From the human T2T-CHM13v2.0 reference genome, Homo sapiens: a DNA stretch of 64,000 bases. Position 1 is the first letter of the stretch. Each line of letters starts with the position of its first letter. Positions 1 through 18,644 of the stretch are shown piece after piece. Location of the stretch: assembly GCF_009914755.1 (NCBI RefSeq), contig NC_060934.1; one strand, given 5' to 3'. A model generated the notes under the pieces. It was given only the letters and a program-made list of their open reading frames with translations, did no database searches and was not told the origin of the DNA. The translations under genes and the position numbers were made by a program.

Positions 1-410
1 CTATGGAATACCCAAAAAGCAAACCCAAGTCATCCTAGCACCGACAGAGATCTTGAATCCCCAAATTCACAAACCTAATACCAGATAAGAAAGTTATATT
101 GAGGCTATAAGGCTTCCTTCCTCCTCTTCTCTTTCTTACAATTCCATTTGTCCCTATATCCATTGATTCTGAACTGCAAAGATATCCCACTAAGCAGCTT
201 ATTTTAATCTCCCATTAAAGTAATCTCTTTCTGATGAGAAGTTCCTGCTCTTAGAACAGGAGCACCCTGTAAATGAGTTCATTCTTTCCGAGACACTTGA
301 AGCTAAAGGCTCATAGCATACTGAACTACAGTCTTTGGTAAAAAGTGAAATAGTAGAAGAGATCAATTTATCCAGGTATTGAATCACTGGACACATCCAA
401 ACAATATTAA

Positions 411-757
<347 letters not shown>

Positions 758-1457
758 ACACTACTGTAATATTTTAAAGAACAATCTGTTACAGCGTACA
801 GTATGAGATGCCCAGTCAGTGGCAATACATCCATGGTGGGTTCCAGGGGCTGGCCTGCGAGATCCTAATGGACCGATGCAATGACATAAGATCATCCACA
901 GAAACAACCAGTTGTGTCTCAGTTTTTTGTAAGTTTGGGCAGATCACAATTCCTTCAAAGTAATGAAAGGCAATCATGCAAAAATGAATTATATGCTTTT
1001 TCTATCATTGTCTTTCTAACGTAAAGATAAGCAAACTCTAGAAAAAGTACTAATCCAGGTCCCGGCATTTCAGGTGAGACATGTTTTACATTCACACTAG
1101 TGATTTATGTTACAAAATGAGAAGGAATCTTACTTTGTTAAAAGACGTGGTCATGTTTATTGGTTTAGAGTAGCCAATTCCTGGGATAAAAGCACCTAGG
1201 AAGTTACATTACCTTTTTAAGGCCACTGAAAATTAGTAAATTCTTGATTTCATTTATCAGATGGCATAGGGGTGGGTGAGACAAATTAATGCCCAAGTCA
1301 CACCAGGGATAACTGAGGCACAGTTAAATCAGGACCATAATTTTCCAGGCTTCTTTGCTGGCGTCAGGTATATAAGATCTCATGTGGCAAGAGAACAGAA
1401 TATAAACACATAGCCCATTCATAGCCCACAGTGAGGCAAAAATAGAAAACAAAAAGA

Positions 1458-1831
<374 letters not shown>

Positions 1832-2013
1832 TTACTGTTAATCAGAGTGTGTGTCACACTTCCTGGGGCCACTGAAGTCACTAACCCCGGCAGAAAGGAT
1901 CGGAATTTTCCTACTCTAAAAGGAGAAATGGCAAAATATAGAAGCTAGGCTGGTGGGAAATAGAGAAGAGGGCTATTTCTCTATAAACATGTTATCGAAA
2001 AAAACAATGCCTT

Positions 2014-2314
2014 GGCGGGGCACGGAGGCTCATGCCTGTAGGCCCAGCACTTTGGGAGGCTGAGGCGGGTGGATCATTTGATATCAGGAGTTCAAGATCA
2101 GCCTGACCAACATGATAAAACCCTGTTTCTACTATAAATAGAAAAAAATTAGCCAAGCATGGTGGCACACACCTGTAATCCCAGCTACTCGGGAGGCTAA
2201 GGCAGGAGAATCGTTTGAACCTGGAGGCAGAGGTTGCAGTCCACTGAGATCGCACCATTGCGATCCAGCCTGGGTGACAGAGGGAGACTCCGACTCAAAA
2301 AAAAAAAAAAAAAA
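2014..2314 (+). mobile_element. Alu (AluS-type), about 420 nt from the exon 2 donor
   Basis: Dimeric Alu with poly(A) tail. Confidence 0.9.
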
Positions 2315-2730
2315 CCCTTTTTTAACAAAAATGTGAAGTTCGCGTGATGATAAAATGGAAGTAACATGCAAGCAGGAGAGTGGGCAGTCTTGTTCCTCAC
2401 ACCAACAGCAAACTAAGTCTCTGCCTCCCAGCCCCAACTACTTTCTAGGCTGGAACTCTGTCCTGTGTCTTCCAAGGCACAGAAAATTCTAGAAAGAAGG
2501 CCTTTGCCCTAGTACAGAAGAAAAGGGACAGTGTCCTCTTCCTCTCCTGATAGTCCAGGAGAGCTGTCCTGCCCCTATCCCACCCCAGAAATAGGCTGCT
2601 CTAAACCCATAAATATGACCAGGTCTCTTAACATAGTGAGATCCCCGCTCATTTTGGAATATAAACTTACACCTAGGACCTGGATTAGCAACTTTTCTAG
2701 GGCTTGCTTATCTTTAGAAGAAATCCTTAC

Positions 2731-3995
<1,265 letters not shown>

Positions 3996-4793
3996 AGTAA
4001 GGATTTGAGTTAAATTAGATATTTCATGTAAACTGCTAAGCACAGTGCTTGTCATATAGAAAACCCTCAGGAATTGGTAGCTGGTGTCATCATCCTCACA
4101 TGAATATAAATAATGTATCATATTAAAGTGCATGGTAGTTGTGAATTAATGCTGTTACCTCCACAATACAATCTGCAAGGTGTCCCTCACCACACCTGGC
4201 CTATAACATAGGCTTTCTTCCTCTAACAAAGCACAAATGCCAAAAAGAGAGTCAAAAAGGGCTTTTAGGGATCACTTGGCCCAAACTCCTCATTTACAGA
4301 TGAAAGAAACATTTCATCTAGGAAGGTTAAGGGACTTGCTCAACTTCATACTCTAGATTATTGGCAGAGCCAGAACTGACACTCAGGTTATTCCCTGGTT
4401 CCCAGTCCAGCCTCCTTCCCAACTCACCTGCACCACCCATCAGGAACTATGTCAAGAATCTTACGAGTAGTAAGTCATAGCTTCCAACTACCAAAGTTCA
4501 AAAAAGCTTGGCTCTTAATGTAACTGTTACCACTGTTTTGGGTCATCATCTCTCCATGAATTCAACAAACTGTTCTGTGTGTGGTTTGGAAGAGGTGAGT
4601 ATAAAGTGTCCATACAACACAACAGGGAACTCAGAGAAGGAAGCTGGTCACATTTTATGAAGGTTGGGAACCACCTAAGTTGTAGACTAAAACAATTAAA
4701 CGCTAGGCCTGGGCCGCATTTCATTGATGCTTCCTGTTGAAAAGGACAGAGGCAGGACTTAGGCAAGACCTAGAGGCTCTGAAAAGATCATAG

Positions 4794-5224
<431 letters not shown>

Positions 5225-6252
5225 ATATTACCAAATTTTTAAAAATAGCAAATAAAACGAATGTTTGCAGTTTCATTCTGTTTTGAGTCCCCCTGGTTTT
5301 CTGGAGCCCTAATCCAGTGCTAATATAAAGCCCACAGTAGACTTCTTAGCAGGAGCAAGTTGATCCGCCTGAGAGTATTTTTGAAGGGAAGGTGTACAAA
5401 TCTTTTAAAAAGGCAATCTTAGACAAACAGTATGGAACTGGCGAAAACCAGTCCGCAATTCTGACGATGCCCTGGACATTTGTGGTTCTACAGAGAACTC
5501 AATTCTGATCACGGTCTGTTCCCTCAATTGTGAACATAATGGTCCTTTTCAGGAATGCCTACCCTGATTCCAAAGCTTACACAGATTAAGGACAAAAAGT
5601 TAATGCACCAGTGCTGCAGCCTGCCATAAAAATAAATAAATAAATAAAAATCTTTGCTGCTTGGATTTTTTTTTTCTGTGTAGAATATTTCTTTATACCT
5701 CAATGGAAAAATCATTTCAAAACTATAGAAGGTATAACATTGGCAAAGCTACATAACTATGCAACTGACATTGAGAAGCAGAGTTAAATTATCAGAATAT
5801 ATTTACCTTCTTTCTGTCCTTCCTTCCTATGTGGCTGGTTTATCTTAAGAGGCAAACGTTCTTCTAAGTGTCAAGTGTTATTGCAGATGTGCGTGCATGG
5901 GCACGAGCCATCAGGTAGGACAGGTGCAAGACTTTACATTTCATTATAACATTAAGGATGCAATGTTAGTGATGCTGTGCAAGGAGCCTGGAGCATTTTG
6001 TAAAAATGCAAAAGTGAAAAAGGGTAGCCACCACCTTCCTCTGCATACATATGCGTATCATGTCAACAATTTGTGCAATAAGCAGAAGGAGAATAAAATC
6101 TCAGGAAGGGATGGTTGTGGTCCCATATACTAGTGATGAAGAAACCATAAGTAGTGTTTTCAATAGGGTTGGCAAGTGATGGCAAAAAAGTGAAGAAGAG
6201 GGAAGAAGAAAATTTCCTAAGCATAAGAAGAATCCTTAAGAGGGCAGCTTGG

Positions 6253-7366
<1,114 letters not shown>

Positions 7367-7699
7367 TCATCAAGGAAAGTTTAAATCGTGATTCAGCTCT
7401 GTTTCCTGAGCACTGATCATGTGTTAGTCACTCTGCTAAGCATCTCATGTACATTCTCTCATTTAATCCTCAGAACAATCCACAAAGTATATGTTATCAA
7501 AAAGCCCCATTTTACAGACACAGACATTAAAACTCGTTGAAGATTTACTGCTGCTGCTGCCCAAGTGCACATTGTTAGTCAGTGCCAGAGCAGGGATCTG
7601 ACTCCAAAGTCCATGCTCTTAATCTCTAAGTTGCACCCAATTTAAAAAGTCAAGGAAATACAGAATATAGTTTAGAAAATACAGTTAATAAAATACATC

Positions 7700-8770
7700 T
7701 AGTGCCATGGGTTTCTCATACCATTCTCCAATAAAAGGATCCAGGATTCCTTAGTGAAATGATGGATTCTAGGAATGAGTCTAGGATTAAATACTTCCTG
7801 GGGCAGGAAATATTCAATATGAGCCTGGAGCATCTTGTAGTGCCAGAAAGTAATGCTCAAACAAAAATTCAATGACAGGCATATGTCAAAGGAACACGAG
7901 TCAACTCAAAGCGCCCAGTGGCAAAAGCTGGAACCATTTGAGCAACAAAATAAATAAAATAATATTGAATTATAACCCAAAGCATAAAAGAAATATACAG
8001 GAGTCCATACTGATACAAAATAAATAATTGAATAAATACACTGGGGAAAAAAGACAAATCTCCCATGCATAACAATTCTGAATAATTTATGTAGATAGAT
8101 AACTCCACCCTCAAGGAGGTAGAGTGTAACTCCTTATACAGAGAACTTAGTGTTTGGCTGTGTCAAGTGAGTTCTTTCCAAAGAGCACAGTGTGGAAAGG
8201 GAGAAAAAAAAAAAGAGTAAATTTACAATAGAGAAACCCAGTGATCAAGGTCAGCATTGACAGTCACAAATCATGTTGAGAGTGTGTGCCCTGAATACCA
8301 TGGGCCGAGACTGGCACTTTACCTCTGTGGTCTTCCTCCCTGAAACCCAGCACCCTGGTCTAATTATGGGAAAAAATATCATACAAATCCCGACTGAGGG
8401 CTATTCTACAAAATAACTGACCAGTACTCCTCAAGACTGTCAAAGCCATCAAAAACAAGGAAAATCAGAGAAAATCACAGCCTTGAAGGGCCTAGGGAGA
8501 CATGACTACCAAATATAACGTAGTACCTGAGATGGGCTCCTGGAACAGAAGAAGGACATTACATAAAAACTAAGGAAATCTGAGGAAAGCCTGAACTTTT
8601 AGTTATTAATAATTTATCAGTATCAGTTAACTAATTGTCACAAAAACCACACTAATGTAAGATGTCAATAATAGGTGAAACTGGATGTGGTCTATATGAG
8701 AACTCTCTGTACTATCTTTGTAGTATTTCTGGAAATCTAAAATTGTTCTAAAATAAAATTTTATTTAAAA
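7700..8770 (+). mobile_element. Old L1 (L1MC/MD-type) 3' end
   Basis: Typical L1M 3' UTR motifs (CCTGGAACAGAAGAAGGACATT, GAACTCTCTGTACTATCTTTG...TCTAAAATAAAA). Boundaries approximate. Confidence 0.65.
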
Positions 8771-8780
8771 GTATCATTGA

Positions 8781-10447
<1,667 letters not shown>

Positions 10448-11139
10448 CTCACTGGAGAGAAGTACAGACAGGAAGTGCCAGAAAGCTTCTCAAACCACCC
10501 AGCCCAGACCATTTCTTCAGCCTATAGGTGACTCTGGCACCCCATTCATCCATCCTGGAGCCCCATGTTTGAATCTGAACACCATATTTGAAGAGGGATG
10601 AGAGATAGGGAAGGTGACCAGGATAAGGAGAGATGTGGTCAATCATATCAGGAGCTTCCCACCCCAGAAGGTGTTCAAATTTAGGTACTGGCAAGAGTAT
10701 TGAGAGGCCTCAAGGATCACATGGAAGTTAAGGTCACAAAAAGGTTAAAAGTCCCTTCAAGCTCCATGGTCCTGTAAGTCCAGGAATAGTAGAAGGATCT
10801 AAAGAGAAGAGCCTTGGAGAGAGGGGGCAAGAGACGGTATGAGAGCTGATACACAGAGGAGAGAGTACTAGTCTTTCTTCACCCAGCCACAGACTTGGCC
10901 ACTTGGGAAAGTCACTCACGGATCCTCTCTTTCCTCTCTCTCACGTGTAAATACACAAGATGCCATCAGGGGCCTAGAGAATTTTGTGGAATAGGCCAAG
11001 TCCATTTCATTTTATCTTCCTACCCAAGGTCCTTTCAAAGACAGGGAGCCTAACTTCTCCTGGATTTCAACAAGCAGACATCTTTCAGAAAATAATATAG
11101 ACTAATGCTTCCCCTTCAGTGGAAGGGAATTTAAGAATT

Positions 11140-11505
11140 AGGCCATAAAAAGGAACGAAGTACTGATATAAGCTACAGTGGGATGAACTTTGAAAATATT
11201 ATGCTGTACAAAGGAAGCCAGTCACCAAAGACCACATACTATGTGATTCCATTCATATACAAGCCCAGAGTAGAGAAATCTATAGAGGCAAAGTAGATCT
11301 TAGGGCTGGGAGAGGAGAGGAGAATAAAAGGTTGATACCTAAAGCATACAAGGTTTCTTTCTGAGGTGATGAAAATGTCCCAAAATTGACTGTGGTGATG
11401 GCTACACATATCTGTAAAGATACTAAAAACCACTGAATTGTATGCTTTAAATGGATGAATTGTATGGCATGTGAATTATATCACAATAAAGCTGCTTTTA
11501 AAAGA
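11140..11505 (+). mobile_element. L1MB-type 3' end fragment
   Basis: GGATGAACTTTGAAAATATTATGCT...AATTATATCACAATAAAGCTG L1M 3' terminus. Confidence 0.7.
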
Positions 11506-13552
11506 AAAGAAGAACATACAGAAGGGTGGCTGGATGACTCCAAAGCCCACAGCACCTTGGCGAGCGGCATTGCTCTCACCACTGTGATCTTCCCCCATGG
11601 GTCCTTGTACTTCCAAACCTCAGGGAACCCGAGGGACTCCAGAGACCCAACTCTCAATTACAGCACCTGGAGTGGTGTCTCGCCACAGAAGACGCAGACA
11701 GCAAGACAGTTTGACAGCTCTAACCATTACGAACACCTGCAGAAGCTGCTACAGAGCCCATAAATAGCCCCAGGTTTGCCCACCGGACTAGGGTCCCCCT
11801 CTGAACTGGAGCTCGCCTTCCTAGCTCCTTCGGCTGTGTCCACTGGAGAGAGGTACACAGGACGCTGGAAAAGAGGAAAAGAGAGGCCATTTTCTCAGAC
11901 TCTTCCACCCAAAGGCCCTCCCAGTTTGCGGTTTCCTGGACTCAGCAGCCCAGGGCCTGTTCCTGACCATGGAAGGAGGAGGTGGCTTCACTGGTTTATT
12001 ATCTGGCCTCATCTCCCTCTCCCCCACAGCCCACCTACTCCAGCCACTCTGGCCTACTCCCTTTCCTTTAACGCACCACATACACTCATTGCTTGGAGCA
12101 CTCTTCCCCAAAGAGCCTCCTCCCCCTGGAAATCTTGGCTCAAATGTGCCTTTCTCCACCCTGGCCACCTCATTTGAAAATCCTAACCCCAGTCTCCCTC
12201 ACCCTTCTTTATCGTTTTCCCATAACACATGTCATACCAGAGATTTTCCTTATTAAGTGTATATTACCTGCTATTACTAGGCCTCCTTATTCACAACACA
12301 GCTTCTTTTAGCCTCCAGAGCCCAGCTGGAGAGCCAGGAGGCTGTGATTAACTACCTTCCCATCCCCTTTAATGAGCCTGTAGTACATGGAACAATCACT
12401 CCTGGCCTTTTCTACCTCTGCTTCCGAAGCACCCTTACCAGACCCTCAGAGGATCTGGGGAGAGCTGGCTCTTCATTCCAGTGTTTGCTCACCTCCTGTA
12501 AGAACAGTGCCTTCTCCTGGCCACCTAGATTTTCTTTTTCAAGGGGCACCTGCAACCTGTTTTCACAGGTTATCCCTACTAAAACATCATAAAGTGGGCT
12601 GGGAAAATACAAGTAAACCCATTTGTAAACACTGTAACTCTACCTCCTCTCATCTAGTAATTCCTTGTTTACTTATTGCTTTCCTCTACAGGACCATAAA
12701 CTCCTGGAGAGCAGAGACTAGGTGTTTCCTGCCCACCATGGAGAACATATTAGGTGCACAGTATCCATTGGAGTGCAATAGTAAGGACTCATTAATTGTC
12801 TCCGTTATCATCATTATGTGGCTTGTCCTGGATCTCCGTCAGTGAGCGACTTGCCAAGTGTGTACACCCATGAACCAGAAGGCAACCCAAGACCAGCCAG
12901 AAAAGACGCTTGGCACCCTTTGATGAGTACATTTACCCAGTGACCGCCAACTCTCCCCATTCCCCAAAGTTCTGCAAAGGACGCAGGAAAAGTAAAGTTC
13001 AAGGAATAGTGTTCCTAGATCCCTAGCAAAGTTCTAGACCCAAAACACAAAGCCTGGGAGGGGTGGAGGAACGGGGCTTGGGGAACTGTCCCAAGGGCCT
13101 CCCCGGCTGATCTCTCCGCACCACCTAGGACTGCCTGAGCGCCCCCTGTGGGTCCACGGAGCCCAGGAGACGCGTTTGGCCCTGTAGACCATCCACATCG
13201 CCCGCCCTCCGCTTCTCTCAACTCGCCTCTCGCTTCAGAGTCGGAGGGACAGGGGAAGCGACGCTCAGACACTCCTAGGGCCAGAGGTGGAGGGAGCGAA
13301 GGAGACCCTGAAGAAGTGGGAGGGGGTCGGGCCAGGCAGGGGCTGAAGAGAATCGCGCCACAGGCTGGGACGGGAAACGTGGGAAAGTTGGAGTGGGAAG
13401 TTTGCGACAGGGAACATAGAAAAGAGCAGAAAGAGGGCAAGATCCCCGCACAGAGGACGCAAACAGAAGCAAGCGGGGGAGCGCGCCTCAAGGGATGCGG
13501 GGTACGAGAGAGGGGCCGGGAGCCCGGGGACCCGCGGCGCCTGCCTACCCAC

Positions 13553-13565
13553 CTGAGGCTGCCAT
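13553..13565 (-). CDS. PIK3AP1: PIK3AP1 (BCAP) coding part of exon 1, encoding M-A-A-S plus the first base of Gly5
   Basis: Minus strand reads GCGGC ATG GCA GCC TCA G|GTGGGT: strong Kozak context (G at -3, G at +4) and a GT donor at 13552-13551. Joins exon 2 in frame to give [15 protein letters not shown], the known BCAP N-terminus. Confidence 0.95.
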
Positions 13566-13580
13566 GCCGCGGGGCGCCGC

Positions 13581-13586
13581 TCACAT
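13581..13586 (-). other. Start-stop uORF (ATG TGA) in the PIK3AP1 5' leader
   Basis: Minus strand CCAGGG ATG TGA, then 15 nt, then the main ATG at 13565. It is part of the mRNA only if the TSS is upstream of 13586. Confidence 0.7.
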
Positions 13587-14706
13587 CCCTGGCTCGCTGC
13601 GTGCCCGGGGCCGGGACCGGGGCCGGCGGCGTCCTGGCTCGGGCTGGAGGGGCGCCGGGCTCCGCGCGGGACCGGCCGCCGCTCTGGCGCTTCCTCCCTC
13701 AGGGCAGCCCGGCCTCGCCACGAGGGCGTGTCCACAGAGTCCGCCCCGCCTGCGGGACTCGGCCCGCGGCACCTGCACCCGCGGCCGTTGGGGAGGGGAA
13801 GTGAGAACCCCATGCCGGCCGCCGGCCAGCTCCCCCAACGGCCCCCTGCTCAGGGGCAGCGAGAAGGCGGGGGCTTCGCGCCACGTGCGCCCCACTCCTC
13901 GGGAAACCAGCCCTGATCTGCCACCAAAGGGCAGCCCGAGGTGGAGGGGGTGTGGGGAGGAGGCGGAGGGGGAGAGTGTGGGGCTGCCAGGCCTCTGGGA
14001 GACAGGGCGGGGGTGTGTGTGTGTGTGAGCACCAGCTGTCCAAGCCACCTCCTCATCGCCTGGGGCTTTGTCCCTAAGCCCCTGCTGCCCCAGCAGGAAA
14101 GGGGAGGGGACAGGAAGGGGAAGAGGAGGAGGGCTGGGCACCTGGCCCTGGGTGCTCGGCGTTGCCCTTGAGTGCCCTCCTGTGATCTTTCTGCCGTTCC
14201 TTGGATCTGGTCTCCTGATGGCACATGAACATTAATTATAATGTCACATGATAAATGTCTAATAGAGTTTCTCTGCCATTCATTTCCTGTGTTCCTGTCT
14301 GCTGGGCGCTGCGTTTAGCACCTTACACACATTATCGCATTGCATCCTCACAGCAACCTTCTGAGGTAGCACCTATCACTGTCTTTACATTGGAGCCAAA
14401 GAAACAAGCCAAATACCTTGCTCAGGCTTCCACAGAGAACAAAAGCTCCCGGAGGTTCAGTACCAAGCCAGTCTGCTTCCAGAGCTAGAACTCTTGCTTA
14501 ACCCTTGCCTTCACCTGCCCTCTTCTTGGACTCCTCCCTTTGCCTGCTGCCGAAATTCAACTGAATAGCACATCCCCTTGGAGTTCTCAACAATCCAGGG
14601 GCCAGAAGATGGACCCAGAGAGCAGAGATGAGGCAAGGTTAGGGCTGAAGTCCAGGTGGAAATAAAATGAAATGGATTTAAGAACGGGAATATCAGGATG
14701 AGGCCG

Positions 14707-15440
<734 letters not shown>

Positions 15441-18171
15441 GCCTCAACACTGGTCTTCCTGACTCCACCCTCTTCCTTCTCTCCCCAAAGCCTCTCTCGC
15501 TCTTCACAAGTCTCTGGGCCTGGCCAGTTTGTGTTCTTTGTCATAGACATTTCTACTGAGCATGCATCTGTCTATTCAAGGTCAACTCCCCTAACATTCC
15601 CACTGTTCAAACGCATGTTCCTCCCTTCCAGCTCCGGATGTTAGGGAGAGAAGGCTCTTTCATTCCTCCTAACCAAGTGCATCTGGACAACTTTTAACCT
15701 AAAGGATATTTCTAACTTGTTAAACCATTAGAAGGCACCTGCCACTTGCAGGTAAGGTTTTGGGTGCTAGGTCAGCTATCCAAACTCTGCTCCCACTCCT
15801 GGCTAGCAGTGACCACTGGAATTAGAGCGAGAAAAGGACTCAGAGGCAACAGTCCCTTGGTGAGAGGACATGACTAGTCCCTGACTCTGGCAATTTCATT
15901 CAACAAATTTCTTTGTATAACAGGTGGAGCCAGACTGGGGAAAGTAGTGTCTGTTTGGTTTTGCACCTCCGTGTGGCGGGTTTTGCAGAATGGGAGTGGC
16001 GGGGATAGGGAGGAGAGCAGCTGCCCCTCTGGAAGACCCTGCTCCACTCCGTGCACTGGCTCTCTCCAGGTTCTGCAGTCGGTCCCTGCAACACTGGGTG
16101 GTAGGTGAATTGGCTCGAGGAAGAATGGAGAACCCGAACTTGGCTGCTGCCCTACAGTTCTGTTTGGCCTGGCAAAAGGGAGAGGCTGGAGAGGTAAACA
16201 TGTGTCATCCTAAGGAATGGGGGCCTGAGGACAGGGCAGCAGAAATCCCTGCTTTTTACATCTTCAAAGTGTTATTTCATAGCCTGTCGGACCTGGGGAT
16301 CAGAGCCTTTTCCCTGGTTAGCAAAACCTCCCTTACTAGGACAAAATGTGAAGGTGGAGCAGTGTGTCACCATGGATGCTCATGATCCATCCAAAGTGGA
16401 GTACCTTCATAGAGGTACTTTCATGGAGTACCTTCCTATGAGGAAGGTACTAAGAGTATACACATTTTACAGATAAGAAGTTAAATAGGCTGGGTGCGGT
16501 GGCTCACGCTTGTAATCCCAGCACTTTGGGAGGCCGAGACAAGTGGATCACAAGGTCAGGAGTTCAATACCAGCCTGGCCAATATGGTGAAACCCCCGTC
16601 TGTACCAAAAATACAAAAATTAGCTGGACATGGTGGCGCGCACCTGTAGTCCCAGCTCCTCAGGAGGCTGAGGCAGGAGAATAGCTTGAACCCAGGAGGC
16701 AGAGTTTGCAGTGAGCCGAGATTGTGCCACTGCACTGCACTGCAGCCTGGGCAACAGAGCAAGACTTTGTCTAAAAATATATATATAAAAAAAAAATTAA
16801 ATAGCTTTTGCCCAAGGGCACATAGCTAGTAATTTGCAGTGCTGAGTTTTGAACCCAGACAGTCTGGCTTCAGAGCCCATGCTTCTGCCCACTAGATTAG
16901 GTGGTAAATGCTTGAAGCAGGCCCTGCTATGACCTAAGGGCCCCACAAGTCACCACTAGCCTTTGTTGGCATCACCTCACATTGCAGGTAGACAGTAGCT
17001 CTTTGTCACCTGTGAGTTCCCCTGCTCTGCCAGAATTGCCTTAGTCTCACAAAGGACAAACATCCAGAGCCCCACTTTGGAGCGCCCCCAGCATCCCCTA
17101 CCTCCCTGCCCACCTCCCTGTCAGTGTCCTATGAGACCATCAGTGTCTCATACTCATGGGACCTAACTGCTATATCTCTTTCACCACTGCATCTCTGATG
17201 CCCAGCACACAGTGGGTACGTAACTGCTTTGTTTTTAAATTATCAAGTCCAACCTGCTTGTTTTACCGATGAAGATACCGACATACAGGTTGAATGAGCT
17301 GTCTAAGCTCCCACAGCTTTCATTCAAAGCACTTGCTCTTCATTTTGTTCAGCAGAGCAAGAGGACTCAGGCGTGTTCATATGGATAGGGTGGAGTGTGC
17401 GAAGATTGGACTATATAGGACTGGCAGGTGGCAGGTAAGACATCACAGGTGGGGACAGGGATAAGGAGTTCGAGAGCACCAGTGCCTGTTTTTGCCTTGT
17501 GAACTCCCTGGCTTTTATAAAGACTGCTGCCCTTCCTATCTGCCTGAGGCAATTTCAACCCAGTTCCAACCCAGTAGGACATAATATCAAAACTTGATGC
17601 AGGCAATTTGGGGACATTTGTGGCTTTCAGGAACAAGTATCTTTGCAGATGAAACCTAGAAGCCTACCCCTCCTTCCCTACTCACCGAAATGGCCACTCC
17701 CCATGAAGGCCATGCCACCACCTGTGGGCCCCTGCTCGGGCCATTTTGAGTGGTGGCAGTGCCCATTTCCAGGCCCTGGACCTCAAATTCAGAGAAACAA
17801 AATGTTGGGTATCTGCTATGTGGCTCTGATAAGATAATTCACCTGACTCATGGTCACTGGGTTAGTAAGTATCAAAGCTAGATTTTGAATTCAAATCTAT
17901 TTATTATGCCAGAATTGCCTCCCTTGTCATGTGTGGTGATTTAGAAGCCATGACAGCTGTCTCATGGCCGTTGTTCTTAAGGGCAGCTGAGGACGACATC
18001 TTAGAGCAGTTGTGCCACCTTGCTGATTCATATTGAGCACGTGGTCACCTCAGAACGCCAGCTCTTTTTCATGTAACTTGTAGAAGCCACACCTTTCCCT
18101 TTGCCACATCACAGTTGTACAGTTGTGTTTGCTTTGTTGGTGGGTGCTTGGGACCCAACTGCAATAATTTA

Positions 18172-18570
<399 letters not shown>

Positions 18571-18644
18571 TCAGGATTCCATCACTGATGGCAGAATTTA
18601 ACAACTGGTCTACCAAAACTAACCTTAGCAACAAGGAAAAGGGA

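Larger units (their letters stand above)
13130..13910 (-). promoter_or_regulatory. CpG-island promoter and 5' UTR of PIK3AP1
   Basis: Very high GC and CpG density around exon 1. GC box CCGCCCCGCC 13741-13750, PU.1/ETS-like GAGGGGAAGTG 13793-13803, E-boxes CACCTG 13770-13775 and CACGTG 13882-13887. No TATA box seen. The exact TSS cannot be read from sequence. Confidence 0.85.

Noticed and set aside
13015-14224. Several long overlapping ORFs (177-218 aa) on both strands of the promoter
   Set aside because: Expected from stop-codon scarcity in a GC-rich CpG island. Low-complexity Pro/Arg/Gly/Ala content and no recognisable domain.
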